This document shows, piece by piece, positions 36,265-45,264 of a DNA stretch of 50,320 nucleotides (positions are counted from its first letter, which is position 1; every line of letters begins with the position of its first letter). Origin of the DNA: Candidatus Parcubacteria bacterium (GTDB lineage: Bacteria; Patescibacteriota; Minisyncoccia; Phycocordibacterales; JAACPR01); assembly GCA_009995365.1 (NCBI GenBank), contig JAACPR010000004.1:1-50320 (forward strand). The letters run 5' to 3'. The position numbers were made by a program, and so were the translations under genes. The notes beneath the pieces are model-generated. The model was not told where the DNA came from. It saw nothing but the letters and a program-made list of their open reading frames with translations, and ran no database searches.

Positions 36265-36843
36265 ATGAAGTTGCCATTAAGACAAAACAATAAAGGTTTT
36301 ACTCTCATAGAGCTTTTGGTTGTTATTTCTATCATTGGATTATTAGCTTCAGTCATCATGGTATCTTTGGGAGATGCTAGGACTGAAGCGAGGAATAGTG
36401 CCCGAAACAGCATGGCGTTGGAATATATAAATGCGTTTGAGTTGTATAGGAGTGATAACATTGGTTATCCTAATTTTAGAAATACTTCTAGTGTTGACGA
36501 AGATGCTGATTTAAATGATACTTATTATTGCTTGGGTGAACCCCAAGGTACTAATGTTTGTCAACATAACATGAATTCATTGAACGACTTAAATACTGCT
36601 ATTTCTGAATTCATCTCCGGTCCTCCAAGAGATGAGAGTAACTTAGACATAAGCGGCACCGACTATAGCGGTATCACCTATGCATGTAATGATGGCGGCC
36701 CCTATAATGATTCCGATGAACCCTGTACAAGCTTTATATTAATTTGGTATTTAGAATCAGACGACGAAGATGATTGCCCGAGAGGATCATTTGGTCAAGA
36801 CTTTATTCCAGGTAATTCAATAAGGTGTACATACCCAGAATAA
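36265..36843 (+). CDS. type IV pilin-like / pseudopilin protein
   Basis: Prepilin N-terminal cleavage/methylation motif KG-FTLIELLVVISIIGLLASV, with Glu at +5. Confidence 0.8.
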   Translation: MKLPLRQNNKGFTLIELLVVISIIGLLASVIMVSLGDARTEARNSARNSMALEYINAFELYRSDNIGYPNFRNTSSVDEDADLNDTYYCLGEPQGTNVCQHNMNSLNDLNTAISEFISGPPRDESNLDISGTDYSGITYACNDGGPYNDSDEPCTSFILIWYLESDDEDDCPRGSFGQDFIPGNSIRCTYPE

Positions 36844-36846
36844 TAA

Positions 36847-36872
36847 AAGCCCGTCAGTTTCCTGACGGGCTT
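36847..36872. terminator. bidirectional terminator hairpin between convergent genes
   Basis: AAGCCCGTCAG-TTTC-CTGACGGGCTT is a perfect 11-bp stem with T-rich flanks on both strands. Confidence 0.75.
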
Positions 36873-36885
36873 GTTGTTTGAAATA

Positions 36886-37602
36886 CTACTTTCTCCTGAG
36901 TGAAACCAGTGCCAAGGCACCAATTCCAAAGAGTAAAGCGTACATGCTCGGTTCTGGAACAGAACTGTTATTAACCGCGAAGACCGTATATGTCCACTCC
37001 TCTTTGGAACGATTGCCAAAAGTATCAATGAATAAGCTACCATCAATCGTGAAATCCGCGATATTATCAGTTTTCTGATCATCGTAGAATTTGAAAGCGG
37101 CAAAGTCGTTAATCGAAGCATCAACGATACTCATATCATTGATGTCATCTCCATCATATTGATGAGAGTTAACGCTGATAGTGTCGCGATCATCTCCGCT
37201 AATAATCCGCAACCCAACCCAAATCTCATTGAATGGATCGGTGATGGCTATTTCGCTACCTAATGTAGTGTTAACACCAGCAGCAGAGACCGATAGATTG
37301 TTGGCAGAGTCTACTGCAACGGTAAACGAGTTGCTTCCTCCATTGACCCATGACACATCTTCTGTGTAATACGGGTCGTTATCAGAGAAAGTTCCTGTGC
37401 TACCACCGAACTCGAATTCGTGAGTATCAGTACCAGTAGTACCGGTACTGCCGGCTTGGAGCTGGGCGTACCAGACACGATCATCGCTATCAAAAGCAGT
37501 TACGAATTCACTGAACGAAATACCAGCGGTCACGACCGGAGCCGAGAAAAGCGCATTCACAAGGAACACGCTGATTAAAATAGCAAAGAATTGCTTTTTC
37601 AT
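36886..37602 (-). CDS. secreted protein with a PEP-CTERM-type sorting signal
   Basis: Signal peptide MKKQFFAILISVFLVNALFSA. The C-terminus VPEPSMYALLFGIGALALVSLRRK has the PEP motif, a TM helix and a basic tail. The gene is visibly GC-richer than its neighbours. Confidence 0.65.
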   Translation of the reverse strand: MKKQFFAILISVFLVNALFSAPVVTAGISFSEFVTAFDSDDRVWYAQLQAGSTGTTGTDTHEFEFGGSTGTFSDNDPYYTEDVSWVNGGSNSFTVAVDSANNLSVSAAGVNTTLGSEIAITDPFNEIWVGLRIISGDDRDTISVNSHQYDGDDINDMSIVDASINDFAAFKFYDDQKTDNIADFTIDGSLFIDTFGNRSKEEWTYTVFAVNNSSVPEPSMYALLFGIGALALVSLRRK

Positions 37603-37685
37603 AATATTATCCTTTATTAAGGGTTTAGTTGCGTGATCCTCGCTCGCACCTTGCGAACAATTATTTAAAAGATCAACTTACCCAT

Positions 37686-37715
37686 ATTATACACATACTT
37701 TATTGAAAATGTCAA
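37686..37715 (-). promoter_or_regulatory. sigma70-type promoter of the PEP-CTERM gene
   Basis: On the minus strand: TTGACA (37710-37715), an 18-nt spacer, then TATAAT (37686-37691). The SD AAAGGA lies before the ATG. Confidence 0.6.
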
Positions 37716-37950
37716 CCCATTGTTTGGTACATTCAACCTTTAACTGCGACACTTTCGTTAAACCCTTCTAAATGGGTTCTCCACTCAAGTCGTTTTCTAT
37801 GACGATTATTTAAAAGAGTATTAACTTTTAGGCTTAGAGTACGTAATACCTACCCTGACAAGCTTCGCAAGGTCCGAATATTAAGCTATAACATAACTAG
37901 AATTTTAGCCTTGATAATGCTAAAATTCACATTGACAATAAAGATCTAAA

Positions 37951-38179
37951 CCTTGTGTAAGGCATGGTCGGAATATGCAAATCCGCTACAGTATAGAAGG
38001 CTCCTCATCGGAGTCACTGTAGCGGTTATGTTAGGGAAACTTAATATAGACACTTTCGGGTGTCGCAACGGTGAGGAGCCTTTTGTCCAAGGCTCATATC
38101 TCACTATTTACTAGTTTACAACTTTTCGATGAATTATTTTTAAAGAAAAGTTAAAGAAAAATAAAACCGCTACAGTACT
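37951..38179 (+). ncRNA. candidate structured cis-regulatory leader RNA, copy 2
   Basis: Elements in order: 5' hairpin CCTT-GTGT-AAGG; CATGGTC; segment a 37983-37992; b 37997-38010; a' 38016-38027; GGGAAAC 38034-38040; a UUCG-capped hairpin 38049-38064; b' 38069-38082; a repeat of segment a at 38165-38176, 3 nt before ATG 38180. Confidence 0.6.
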
Positions 38180-39244
38180 ATGCCAATAATAATTTCAAAA
38201 AACGGCGAAAAAGCCGTTAAAGTTGATAAATCTTCTTTTGATAAAGAGGATCAACTACAACAATATATATACGACAATCCAGGGAGTATTCCTTTGTATG
38301 ATATTAATGAAGATATTAAATTACTAATACTAGCAAGAGAATTTTCAACTAACAGTGGCCCTATTGACGCTATTGGTTTTGATCAAGACGGAAATATTTA
38401 TATTGTAGAAACTAAATTATATAAAAATTCCGATAAACGAATTGTAGTTGCTCAAGCTCTAGATTACGGAGCATCAGTCTGGAAGAATGTAAATAACTTT
38501 GAAGATTTTCTAACTCAATTAAATAAACATACACAAGATAAATATAAGATATCCGCTAGTGAAAAATTGCAGGAATATTTTAGTTTGTCAGACGAAGAAT
38601 TAGAAACATTATTATTTAATATCAAGAATAATTTGAGTGATGGGGTAATTAAGTTTGTAATTCTTATGGATGATTTAGATTCAAGATTAAAAGATTTGAT
38701 CTTATACGTTAATCAAAATAGTCAATTTGATATTTATGCTGTTCAATTAGAATACTACAAACACGAAGACCGTGAAATAGTTATTCCTAGATTATACGGA
38801 GCAGAAGTCAAAAAAGATATTAATGTTTCAAAATCATCTAGCTCAAGGAAAATTTGGACAGAGGAGACTTTTATTGAAAATGCAAAACAAGAAATGACAA
38901 AGGAGGAATATGAGGCAACTATGAAAATATATAATTTCTCTAAACAAAAGGCTGATGAAATTAGATTTGGGACAGGGAAGAATTATGCATCATTTAGTCC
39001 AATCTTTAAATCTATATCAGAAAAATCCCTTTTCACTGTTACAACAGACGGCAGACTAAGTCTTAATTTTGAATGGGTTTATAACGATAGACCAGAATCT
39101 GCAAAATGGTTCAAAGAAGAACTTGAAAAGATTGGTTTTGAAATAGATGAAAATTATATCAATATTCGCCCAAGTGTTATGCCGGATGTGTGGTTGGGTA
39201 AGGTTGAGGGGTTTGTGGGGATGTTTGAAAAAACTATGGACTAA
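38180..39244 (+). CDS. NucS/DUF91-like PD-(D/E)xK nuclease-fold protein with a C-terminal extension
   Basis: EDQLQQYIYDNPGSIP...LLILAREFSTNSGPIDAIGFDQDGNIYIVETKLYK...VVAQALDYG follows the NucS-like endonuclease domain pattern. Confidence 0.55.
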   Translation: MPIIISKNGEKAVKVDKSSFDKEDQLQQYIYDNPGSIPLYDINEDIKLLILAREFSTNSGPIDAIGFDQDGNIYIVETKLYKNSDKRIVVAQALDYGASVWKNVNNFEDFLTQLNKHTQDKYKISASEKLQEYFSLSDEELETLLFNIKNNLSDGVIKFVILMDDLDSRLKDLILYVNQNSQFDIYAVQLEYYKHEDREIVIPRLYGAEVKKDINVSKSSSSRKIWTEETFIENAKQEMTKEEYEATMKIYNFSKQKADEIRFGTGKNYASFSPIFKSISEKSLFTVTTDGRLSLNFEWVYNDRPESAKWFKEELEKIGFEIDENYINIRPSVMPDVWLGKVEGFVGMFEKTMD

Positions 39245-39319
39245 ACTTCATAATTATTTTAGAAGTGGAGATAAATAGCTTAAATAAAGGCTGTATTTTG
39301 ATATAATATACTTAATAAT

Positions 39320-40435
39320 ATGAATAAAGTTAAAGATAATTTAAATATTTCGCAAACTTTAATACTTGCAAGAAACAATTTACTTAATAACTTAGATGAT
39401 CTAAGTATTAAGGGCGTGATTAGTTACATAAGATGTAAATATTATTTTTCTGAATCTTATAATAAAAAAGATTTTGAGAATAAAATTGTTAATTGTGTTG
39501 GTGCTAATATAATTTTATTTGAGTGTATTAAAGAAATTTATCCTGACAGGAATTTTAAATATGTTTCGCCCACATATCAATCGTTAAACGATAGTGGGCA
39601 CCTAACAAAACATATTTGTGTTGCAGAAGTAAGTAAAAATAAATTACGTTTTATTGATGCTACTCCTCTTGCTGGTTTTTTTAATGGAAGAATTTCCGAA
39701 TGGTTAAATATAAATGATTGGCTTGAAGACGAGGGCATTTATTTTCATAAAGATAGTATGTTATTTTCAGATTATGAAAAAAAGTACACACATTCTTTTT
39801 GCTTTTTAGGAAATGAAAACGTCCACAACATATTAAAATATATTTTTTTACAAAAAGATAAAGACGCGTCTAGGTTTAGTATTAAGAATTTACCAAAAGC
39901 TTGGTACGCAGAATTATTAAAAGACGAAGCTCTCCATATTGATTCTGAGCAGGAAAAAATTAATTTACTAAATAAATCTTATAGTATTTCTAAAAATCCT
40001 TTTACTTATTTAAAAATAGATCAAAATAATTATAATTCTTATGTTATCAAAAAATTTATTAAACATAATAAAAAAGTAATTAAAGATATAGATAATTATG
40101 TAAAAGAAAATAATAAAAAGATTCCAAAAAAAATTTTACAAGAATATCTTGCAACAAAATATTGGAAAAAAATTGCTATAAATAAGATAAAAGGTATTTC
40201 GTCAGAACTTCCATATATTAAATATAAAGAGGAAAAACTTTACCTATATAAAATTGGCAGAAGTTATTTTGATGACAAAAAAAATGTATTATTGGTGCAA
40301 GGAGATAGCAGTAAAAAAACTTTTGAAATTGTAGATGAAATAAGTGTCAAAAAAACTAGTTCTAGTAAGATACTAACTGGTGAAGATGCTTACGAAGAGT
40401 TATTATTAACATTATCACCCGAAGTAATAATATGA
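39320..40435 (+). CDS. hypothetical protein, possibly a transglutaminase-like cysteine peptidase fold
   Basis: NCVGANIILFECIK (Cys) and HICVAEV...RFIDATP (His/Asp) resemble the transglutaminase-core triad spacing. The match is weak. Confidence 0.3.
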   Translation: MNKVKDNLNISQTLILARNNLLNNLDDLSIKGVISYIRCKYYFSESYNKKDFENKIVNCVGANIILFECIKEIYPDRNFKYVSPTYQSLNDSGHLTKHICVAEVSKNKLRFIDATPLAGFFNGRISEWLNINDWLEDEGIYFHKDSMLFSDYEKKYTHSFCFLGNENVHNILKYIFLQKDKDASRFSIKNLPKAWYAELLKDEALHIDSEQEKINLLNKSYSISKNPFTYLKIDQNNYNSYVIKKFIKHNKKVIKDIDNYVKENNKKIPKKILQEYLATKYWKKIAINKIKGISSELPYIKYKEEKLYLYKIGRSYFDDKKNVLLVQGDSSKKTFEIVDEISVKKTSSSKILTGEDAYEELLLTLSPEVII

Positions 40436-41136
40436 AAAAATTTATCTTTTTTGATTTAGATGGAACGCTTATATTTGATGATAAAGAATTAAGTAATGAT
40501 ACAAAAGATTGTTTGCGTACTCTTGATATTAAGTACGGCCTATGTACGAACAGACCTTTGTCTGATATCCCCACATTAGATTTTCTATCTAACAATAAGA
40601 ACTATATTTGTGAGGGTGGTGTAGTGTCTTATGATTATAAAAAAAATAAATTAAACTTAAATGAAAAAGCTAAAAATATTAATCATAAGTCTATAAAAAA
40701 AATATCTTTAGAGTTTCTTAAGGAAAAAGGTTTAAGTATTAATTTACGACAAAATATTAATAGAATTTACAGTAGTACATTATATTTTGAACGACCTTTA
40801 GAGTCAGATACAATACTTAGTTTAGGTAGAATGGTAACTGATTTTTTAGGATCTAATTATGAATTTGAAGTTTTAAGTGAAACCAAAATGTTATTTACAA
40901 TAAAAAATATATCGAAAGGGCAGATGATTAAAAATATTATGAAAGAAAATTTTGAATATTATTTAATTTCTGACGATGAAAAGATAGAAAAAGATGAAAA
41001 GATAGAAAACCTTGTATACATCAGTATTGATCCAAATAACTCAGTTTTTAATGAATCTTGTGATTTTGTGTCCAGTAATGATTTTAATAGAAGATTAATA
41101 GATGTTATATTGTATATAAAGAACAAACAAATATGA
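40432..41136 (+). CDS. HAD-superfamily hydrolase (Cof/IIB-like)
   Basis: Motif I FFDLDGTL. The start overlaps the upstream stop as ATGA. Confidence 0.7.
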   Translation: MKKFIFFDLDGTLIFDDKELSNDTKDCLRTLDIKYGLCTNRPLSDIPTLDFLSNNKNYICEGGVVSYDYKKNKLNLNEKAKNINHKSIKKISLEFLKEKGLSINLRQNINRIYSSTLYFERPLESDTILSLGRMVTDFLGSNYEFEVLSETKMLFTIKNISKGQMIKNIMKENFEYYLISDDEKIEKDEKIENLVYISIDPNNSVFNESCDFVSSNDFNRRLIDVILYIKNKQI

Positions 41137-41990
41137 AAAATTTTGAAAAAATGGCGATAGTAAGACACTTAGAAGATATTAACAATCTAAAAGAATTTGG
41201 TTTAGATGGAATTTTAAAACCAAATCAAGAGAGGGAATCAGATAAAATTTCAAAAGAGTTAATTGATTTGGCTGTAGAAGAGGGTGCTGAAGCGATTGAT
41301 ATTTTTTCATCTAATCAAAACAGAGCATCAGAAACCGCTAGAAAATTAGACGAAAGTATTAATAGTATAAAACCAGGTTTCTCTAAATTAAATATAGACA
41401 AAAGAATTCGTGATTTAAATCAGGGTACTCCAAATCTGCCTGGAGATTATTCTGAAGGTCAAGATTTTGAACCACTACGTGATGCCTGGAATATTTTTTG
41501 GGATGAAACTTTTGTTAAAAAAGATTTGCTTTATAGATTTGGTTCGCCTGAATCTTCAGATGGAATAAGAAAGTTTCCTGAATTAGAAGGTGCATTTTCT
41601 GAGTACGGAGAATGTTACGCACAGCTTGCAGAGAGATTGTATGATTTTACATATGAATTATTTACACAAGAAAAACAATCGAAACCTAATAATATGATAG
41701 GTTTAGTAGGGCATTCAATAACGTTTGGTGTTATGCATGAGTTGGCAGTGATTTCAAAAGATTATACTGACAAATTCCCCAACAAACCGATTCCATTAGG
41801 GGAACTTCCTAAAATTACATGGGAATATTTTGATAAATTAAAAAAAGGAGTTTTAAATAAAAATCCTGAGTACGGAGAAATTAATTTTTGTGACATAACT
41901 AAAATGAAAGATGAAATTTTTTTGGAAAACCTATCTGTAGAAAGAGATGTTTTGAGGGGCTTGATGAAACAATCAAATGTACAATATTAA
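41133..41990 (+). CDS. histidine phosphatase (phosphoglycerate-mutase-like) family protein
   Basis: AIVRHLE (RH motif), NRASETA and VGHSITF. Confidence 0.6.
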   Translation: MKNFEKMAIVRHLEDINNLKEFGLDGILKPNQERESDKISKELIDLAVEEGAEAIDIFSSNQNRASETARKLDESINSIKPGFSKLNIDKRIRDLNQGTPNLPGDYSEGQDFEPLRDAWNIFWDETFVKKDLLYRFGSPESSDGIRKFPELEGAFSEYGECYAQLAERLYDFTYELFTQEKQSKPNNMIGLVGHSITFGVMHELAVISKDYTDKFPNKPIPLGELPKITWEYFDKLKKGVLNKNPEYGEINFCDITKMKDEIFLENLSVERDVLRGLMKQSNVQY

Positions 41991-42810
41991 AAATATTATT
42001 TTGGTTTTTTCTCAGAGCAGAAGCGGACACCACGCCATCATAGATTGGTTATATAATCAGTTTGATGATATTAGACTTTTTTTTAATTATAATGACCCTA
42101 AAGCATTTGACCCTTTATTTGAAAATAGAGTTCAGTATTATTTAAATGATAAAAAGTATTACAAAGTAATAAGTAATAGTTGGATTGATGATGGAATTAC
42201 TGATTTGAAGGTAAAGGAATTTTTATTGGAGGCATATGAAAATATAAAAATTATTCAAGTTCTTGATAAGAACTTGCTAATCTTAAATTATGAGAATATT
42301 GAAATTGAAGATGTGTCTAAAATAAGCGATGAGATTACTAAGTATTTTCAAACTTCTAAAGTTTATAAGGTTTTTGTAGTGAGAGACATTCTTAATCTAT
42401 TGGCCAGTAAAATTAAATCAGGTAAAGATTTTACAATAAAAGATCTGAGAAAAAATGATGTAAAAATTAAAAATACTATAGATACATGGTTAAAATACAA
42501 TAAATATTTTATAGATAATAAGGATTACATTACTATTATCTATAATGAATGGTTTAAGGATGCTAATTATCGTTCTAAAATTTTAGATATCTTCAGGATT
42601 AAAGATAAAGACTTATCTTTGCCTAAGCTAGCCACTTTTGGTAAGGGGAGCTCTTTTGATGGTTATAACATAAATAAAGAATCGAATAGTATGGATGTTT
42701 TAGAGAGGTGGAAAAAATATAAAAATGAAAAGAACTTTATTGACATATGCTACAATAAAGATGTCGAATATTATACCAAATCAATATTTGGTAATAATTT
42801 ATATAAATAA
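41977..42810 (+). CDS. sulfotransferase-like protein
   Basis: FSQSRSGHHAI resembles the PAPS 5'-phosphosulfate-binding loop. Motif-level only. Confidence 0.4.
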   Translation: MYNIKNIILVFSQSRSGHHAIIDWLYNQFDDIRLFFNYNDPKAFDPLFENRVQYYLNDKKYYKVISNSWIDDGITDLKVKEFLLEAYENIKIIQVLDKNLLILNYENIEIEDVSKISDEITKYFQTSKVYKVFVVRDILNLLASKIKSGKDFTIKDLRKNDVKIKNTIDTWLKYNKYFIDNKDYITIIYNEWFKDANYRSKILDIFRIKDKDLSLPKLATFGKGSSFDGYNINKESNSMDVLERWKKYKNEKNFIDICYNKDVEYYTKSIFGNNLYK

Positions 42811-42820
42811 TAAATAATTT

Positions 42821-43285
42821 ATGGTACAAGAAAAAATAACATTTGGAGATAAAAATTATAAATTCACTTGGGTAAAAGACGGAAGTATATCTGGAAATAA
42901 CGTGACACAAGTAAGCGGATATATTTTTAATGACGATAAGGAATTATTAATTGTAAAAAATAAAAATTGGACAATTCCTGGTGGTCACCCAGAAGAAGGT
43001 GAAACCCATATCGAAACTTTAAAAAGAGAAACACTGGAAGAATCACAAGTTGAAATTGGTAATATTGAATATCTTGGTTATGTTGAATCTTTAGATATCC
43101 AAACAAATAAAAAAAATTACCAATTAAGGTTTGTAGCTAGAGTAAAAAAAGAAAATAGTTTCAAAGGAGATTTTGAAACTTCAGAAAGAGCTTTCGTTAA
43201 GCCTGGTAAATTGGTCGACTATATACCTTGGGCATCTGGAAAAGTTTTTTCTGCAGAAGTTAAAGACGCTGAATCAAGGTTTTAA
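42821..43285 (+). CDS. Nudix hydrolase
   Basis: Nudix box GGHPEEGETHIETLKRETLEESQV. Confidence 0.85.
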   Translation: MVQEKITFGDKNYKFTWVKDGSISGNNVTQVSGYIFNDDKELLIVKNKNWTIPGGHPEEGETHIETLKRETLEESQVEIGNIEYLGYVESLDIQTNKKNYQLRFVARVKKENSFKGDFETSERAFVKPGKLVDYIPWASGKVFSAEVKDAESRF

Positions 43286-43288
43286 AAC

Positions 43289-44401
43289 ATGAGAATTTTA
43301 ATCTATCAGCCTAGGGTATCATATTATGTAGGAGGCGGAGAGATCGTTCCTATAAATCAAGCAAAATTGTTAATAGAAAAAGGTTTTGACGTTATTTTTG
43401 TAACTAGTTGTGCTGATTGGATCAAGGAATCGGACATTTTTAAAGAATTTAAAAATAAATTTTCTTCAAATATTATTCAAGTTAATATACCAGAGCGTCT
43501 TAAAAAAATATACGAAGTCGAGCCTGGTTTGAACTGGGAAAGATGGGACAAAGAGTCAATTCATTTTGGTCTGCATGTTAAAAAAGTAATAGATGAGATT
43601 GATTATGATGTTGCTTTTTTTCATGCACCTTTGGATTTAATTGCTTTAAATCAAGAAAAGAAAAACATCGGATATCTGCATGGTTATCCAGAAAGTATAA
43701 ATTATGCATGTCTAATTTTGTTAGATAATCAGTCTGAATTTATAGCTGTTTCAGATAAAGTAAAGGAAAAATGGGATGAGCTCTTACCAAATAAAAATAT
43801 AGAAGTTATTTATAATGGTATAGATAACGCATATTTTTGTCCTAGTGGAGAGTCTAACAAAATCATTGATTTACTATTTGTCGGTAGATTAATTGAAAAT
43901 AAAGGTATTATAAATTTACTTCCAATTTTCAAAAAGATAACTAATTTAAATAAAGATATTAGAATTGCTATTGTGGGTGATGGTCCGTTATCAGATCAAA
44001 TATCAAACTATATAGTGGATAACAACTTAGAACAGAATATCCATAAATATGGCTATTTGCCCCATGGTAAATTGTTAGATTTATATAAGACGTCAAGGAT
44101 TGGTATATTCCCATCTATATCAAAAGAAGGTCTGCTGACTACGGTATTAGAAGCAACATCTTGCGGTGTTCCTGCTATATCTTCTAAAGGGTTAGGATTA
44201 GATGTCTATATAAAAAATGGTATTAATGGTTTTCTTATTAATCCTAATGATGAAGATTCCATTGTAAATTTAGTCGTTAAAATAATTAATGACGAACAAA
44301 AACTAAATGAGATGTCTGACAACGCAAGAAAGATATCGCTCGATTGGGGCTGGGATAAAAAGATTGAAAAACTTGAAAAAGTCTTAAAAAGATATGAATA
44401 G
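43289..44401 (+). CDS. glycosyltransferase family 1
   Basis: Full-length GT-B protein. Motifs FVGRLIENKG and EGLLTTVLEATSCGVPAISS...NGINGFLI. Confidence 0.85.
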   Translation: MRILIYQPRVSYYVGGGEIVPINQAKLLIEKGFDVIFVTSCADWIKESDIFKEFKNKFSSNIIQVNIPERLKKIYEVEPGLNWERWDKESIHFGLHVKKVIDEIDYDVAFFHAPLDLIALNQEKKNIGYLHGYPESINYACLILLDNQSEFIAVSDKVKEKWDELLPNKNIEVIYNGIDNAYFCPSGESNKIIDLLFVGRLIENKGIINLLPIFKKITNLNKDIRIAIVGDGPLSDQISNYIVDNNLEQNIHKYGYLPHGKLLDLYKTSRIGIFPSISKEGLLTTVLEATSCGVPAISSKGLGLDVYIKNGINGFLINPNDEDSIVNLVVKIINDEQKLNEMSDNARKISLDWGWDKKIEKLEKVLKRYE

Positions 44402-45263
44402 AATTTTTTTAAATAATTATAATTATATTTGTGAAATTCTTATTGAAGACAATACGTTTTTTGATGAGGTTAAAGAGAGTGAATTCTGGAAGGTATATTG
44501 TCCTGATATTTCCATATCTGATTCGGACAGTAAATTAGAATCTGATATACAAGTTTTGGTAGGCGATAAATTTTCAGAAATGTTTTTTGATATAAGGTCT
44601 AAGATAGAAATTCCTATAATAGAACTTTCTGTTGAAGATTTAATAACTGTCATTGATTATATTTATGAGCCTCAAAGAAACATAAATGGTGTGTACACTA
44701 TTAATTCATCCTCAGTAGTTAATAAAGATAATCAAGGAGTTATATTTTTCGGTGGTGCAACAGGTATGGGAAAAACTAGTTTAGCTAGATATTTTGATTC
44801 AAAAAAATATTTTAATATTTTCTCGGACGATAAAACTTTACTGAATTTGAGAAAATTAAAAATTTTAAATGGCTCAAGTTATTTGTATGTAAATAAGAGT
44901 AATTTAAAAAAAGAATTTAAGTCAAATATAAATTCACACAAGAAATTTAATAATAATACAGAAATCCAAGCAGATCTAGCATTATTTGTTTATGGTTATT
45001 TGCAAAAAAGTTTTAAAGAAAAAGAAGTGTGGCCCGATGATAAGTTTTGCTGGCATTTATACGAATCTTTGACAAAGAGGATACGCGGAGTTTCTAGAAG
45101 AATTATCGGTGGTAAAATACCCTTACCTTCTATAGATTCAAAATATCTATCGGAACAACGTATAAAAGATATAAACTATTTGTGTTCTAACACAAAATGT
45201 CTTTTTATAAAATCAAGTTATAGATATGCTTATAAAAACATAAATAAGATAATAAAAAAATAA
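44394..45263 (+). CDS. P-loop protein (HPr-kinase C-terminal-like)
   Basis: Walker A motif IFFGGATGMGKTSLA. Confidence 0.4.
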   Translation: MNRIFLNNYNYICEILIEDNTFFDEVKESEFWKVYCPDISISDSDSKLESDIQVLVGDKFSEMFFDIRSKIEIPIIELSVEDLITVIDYIYEPQRNINGVYTINSSSVVNKDNQGVIFFGGATGMGKTSLARYFDSKKYFNIFSDDKTLLNLRKLKILNGSSYLYVNKSNLKKEFKSNINSHKKFNNNTEIQADLALFVYGYLQKSFKEKEVWPDDKFCWHLYESLTKRIRGVSRRIIGGKIPLPSIDSKYLSEQRIKDINYLCSNTKCLFIKSSYRYAYKNINKIIKK

Positions 45264-45264
45264 A

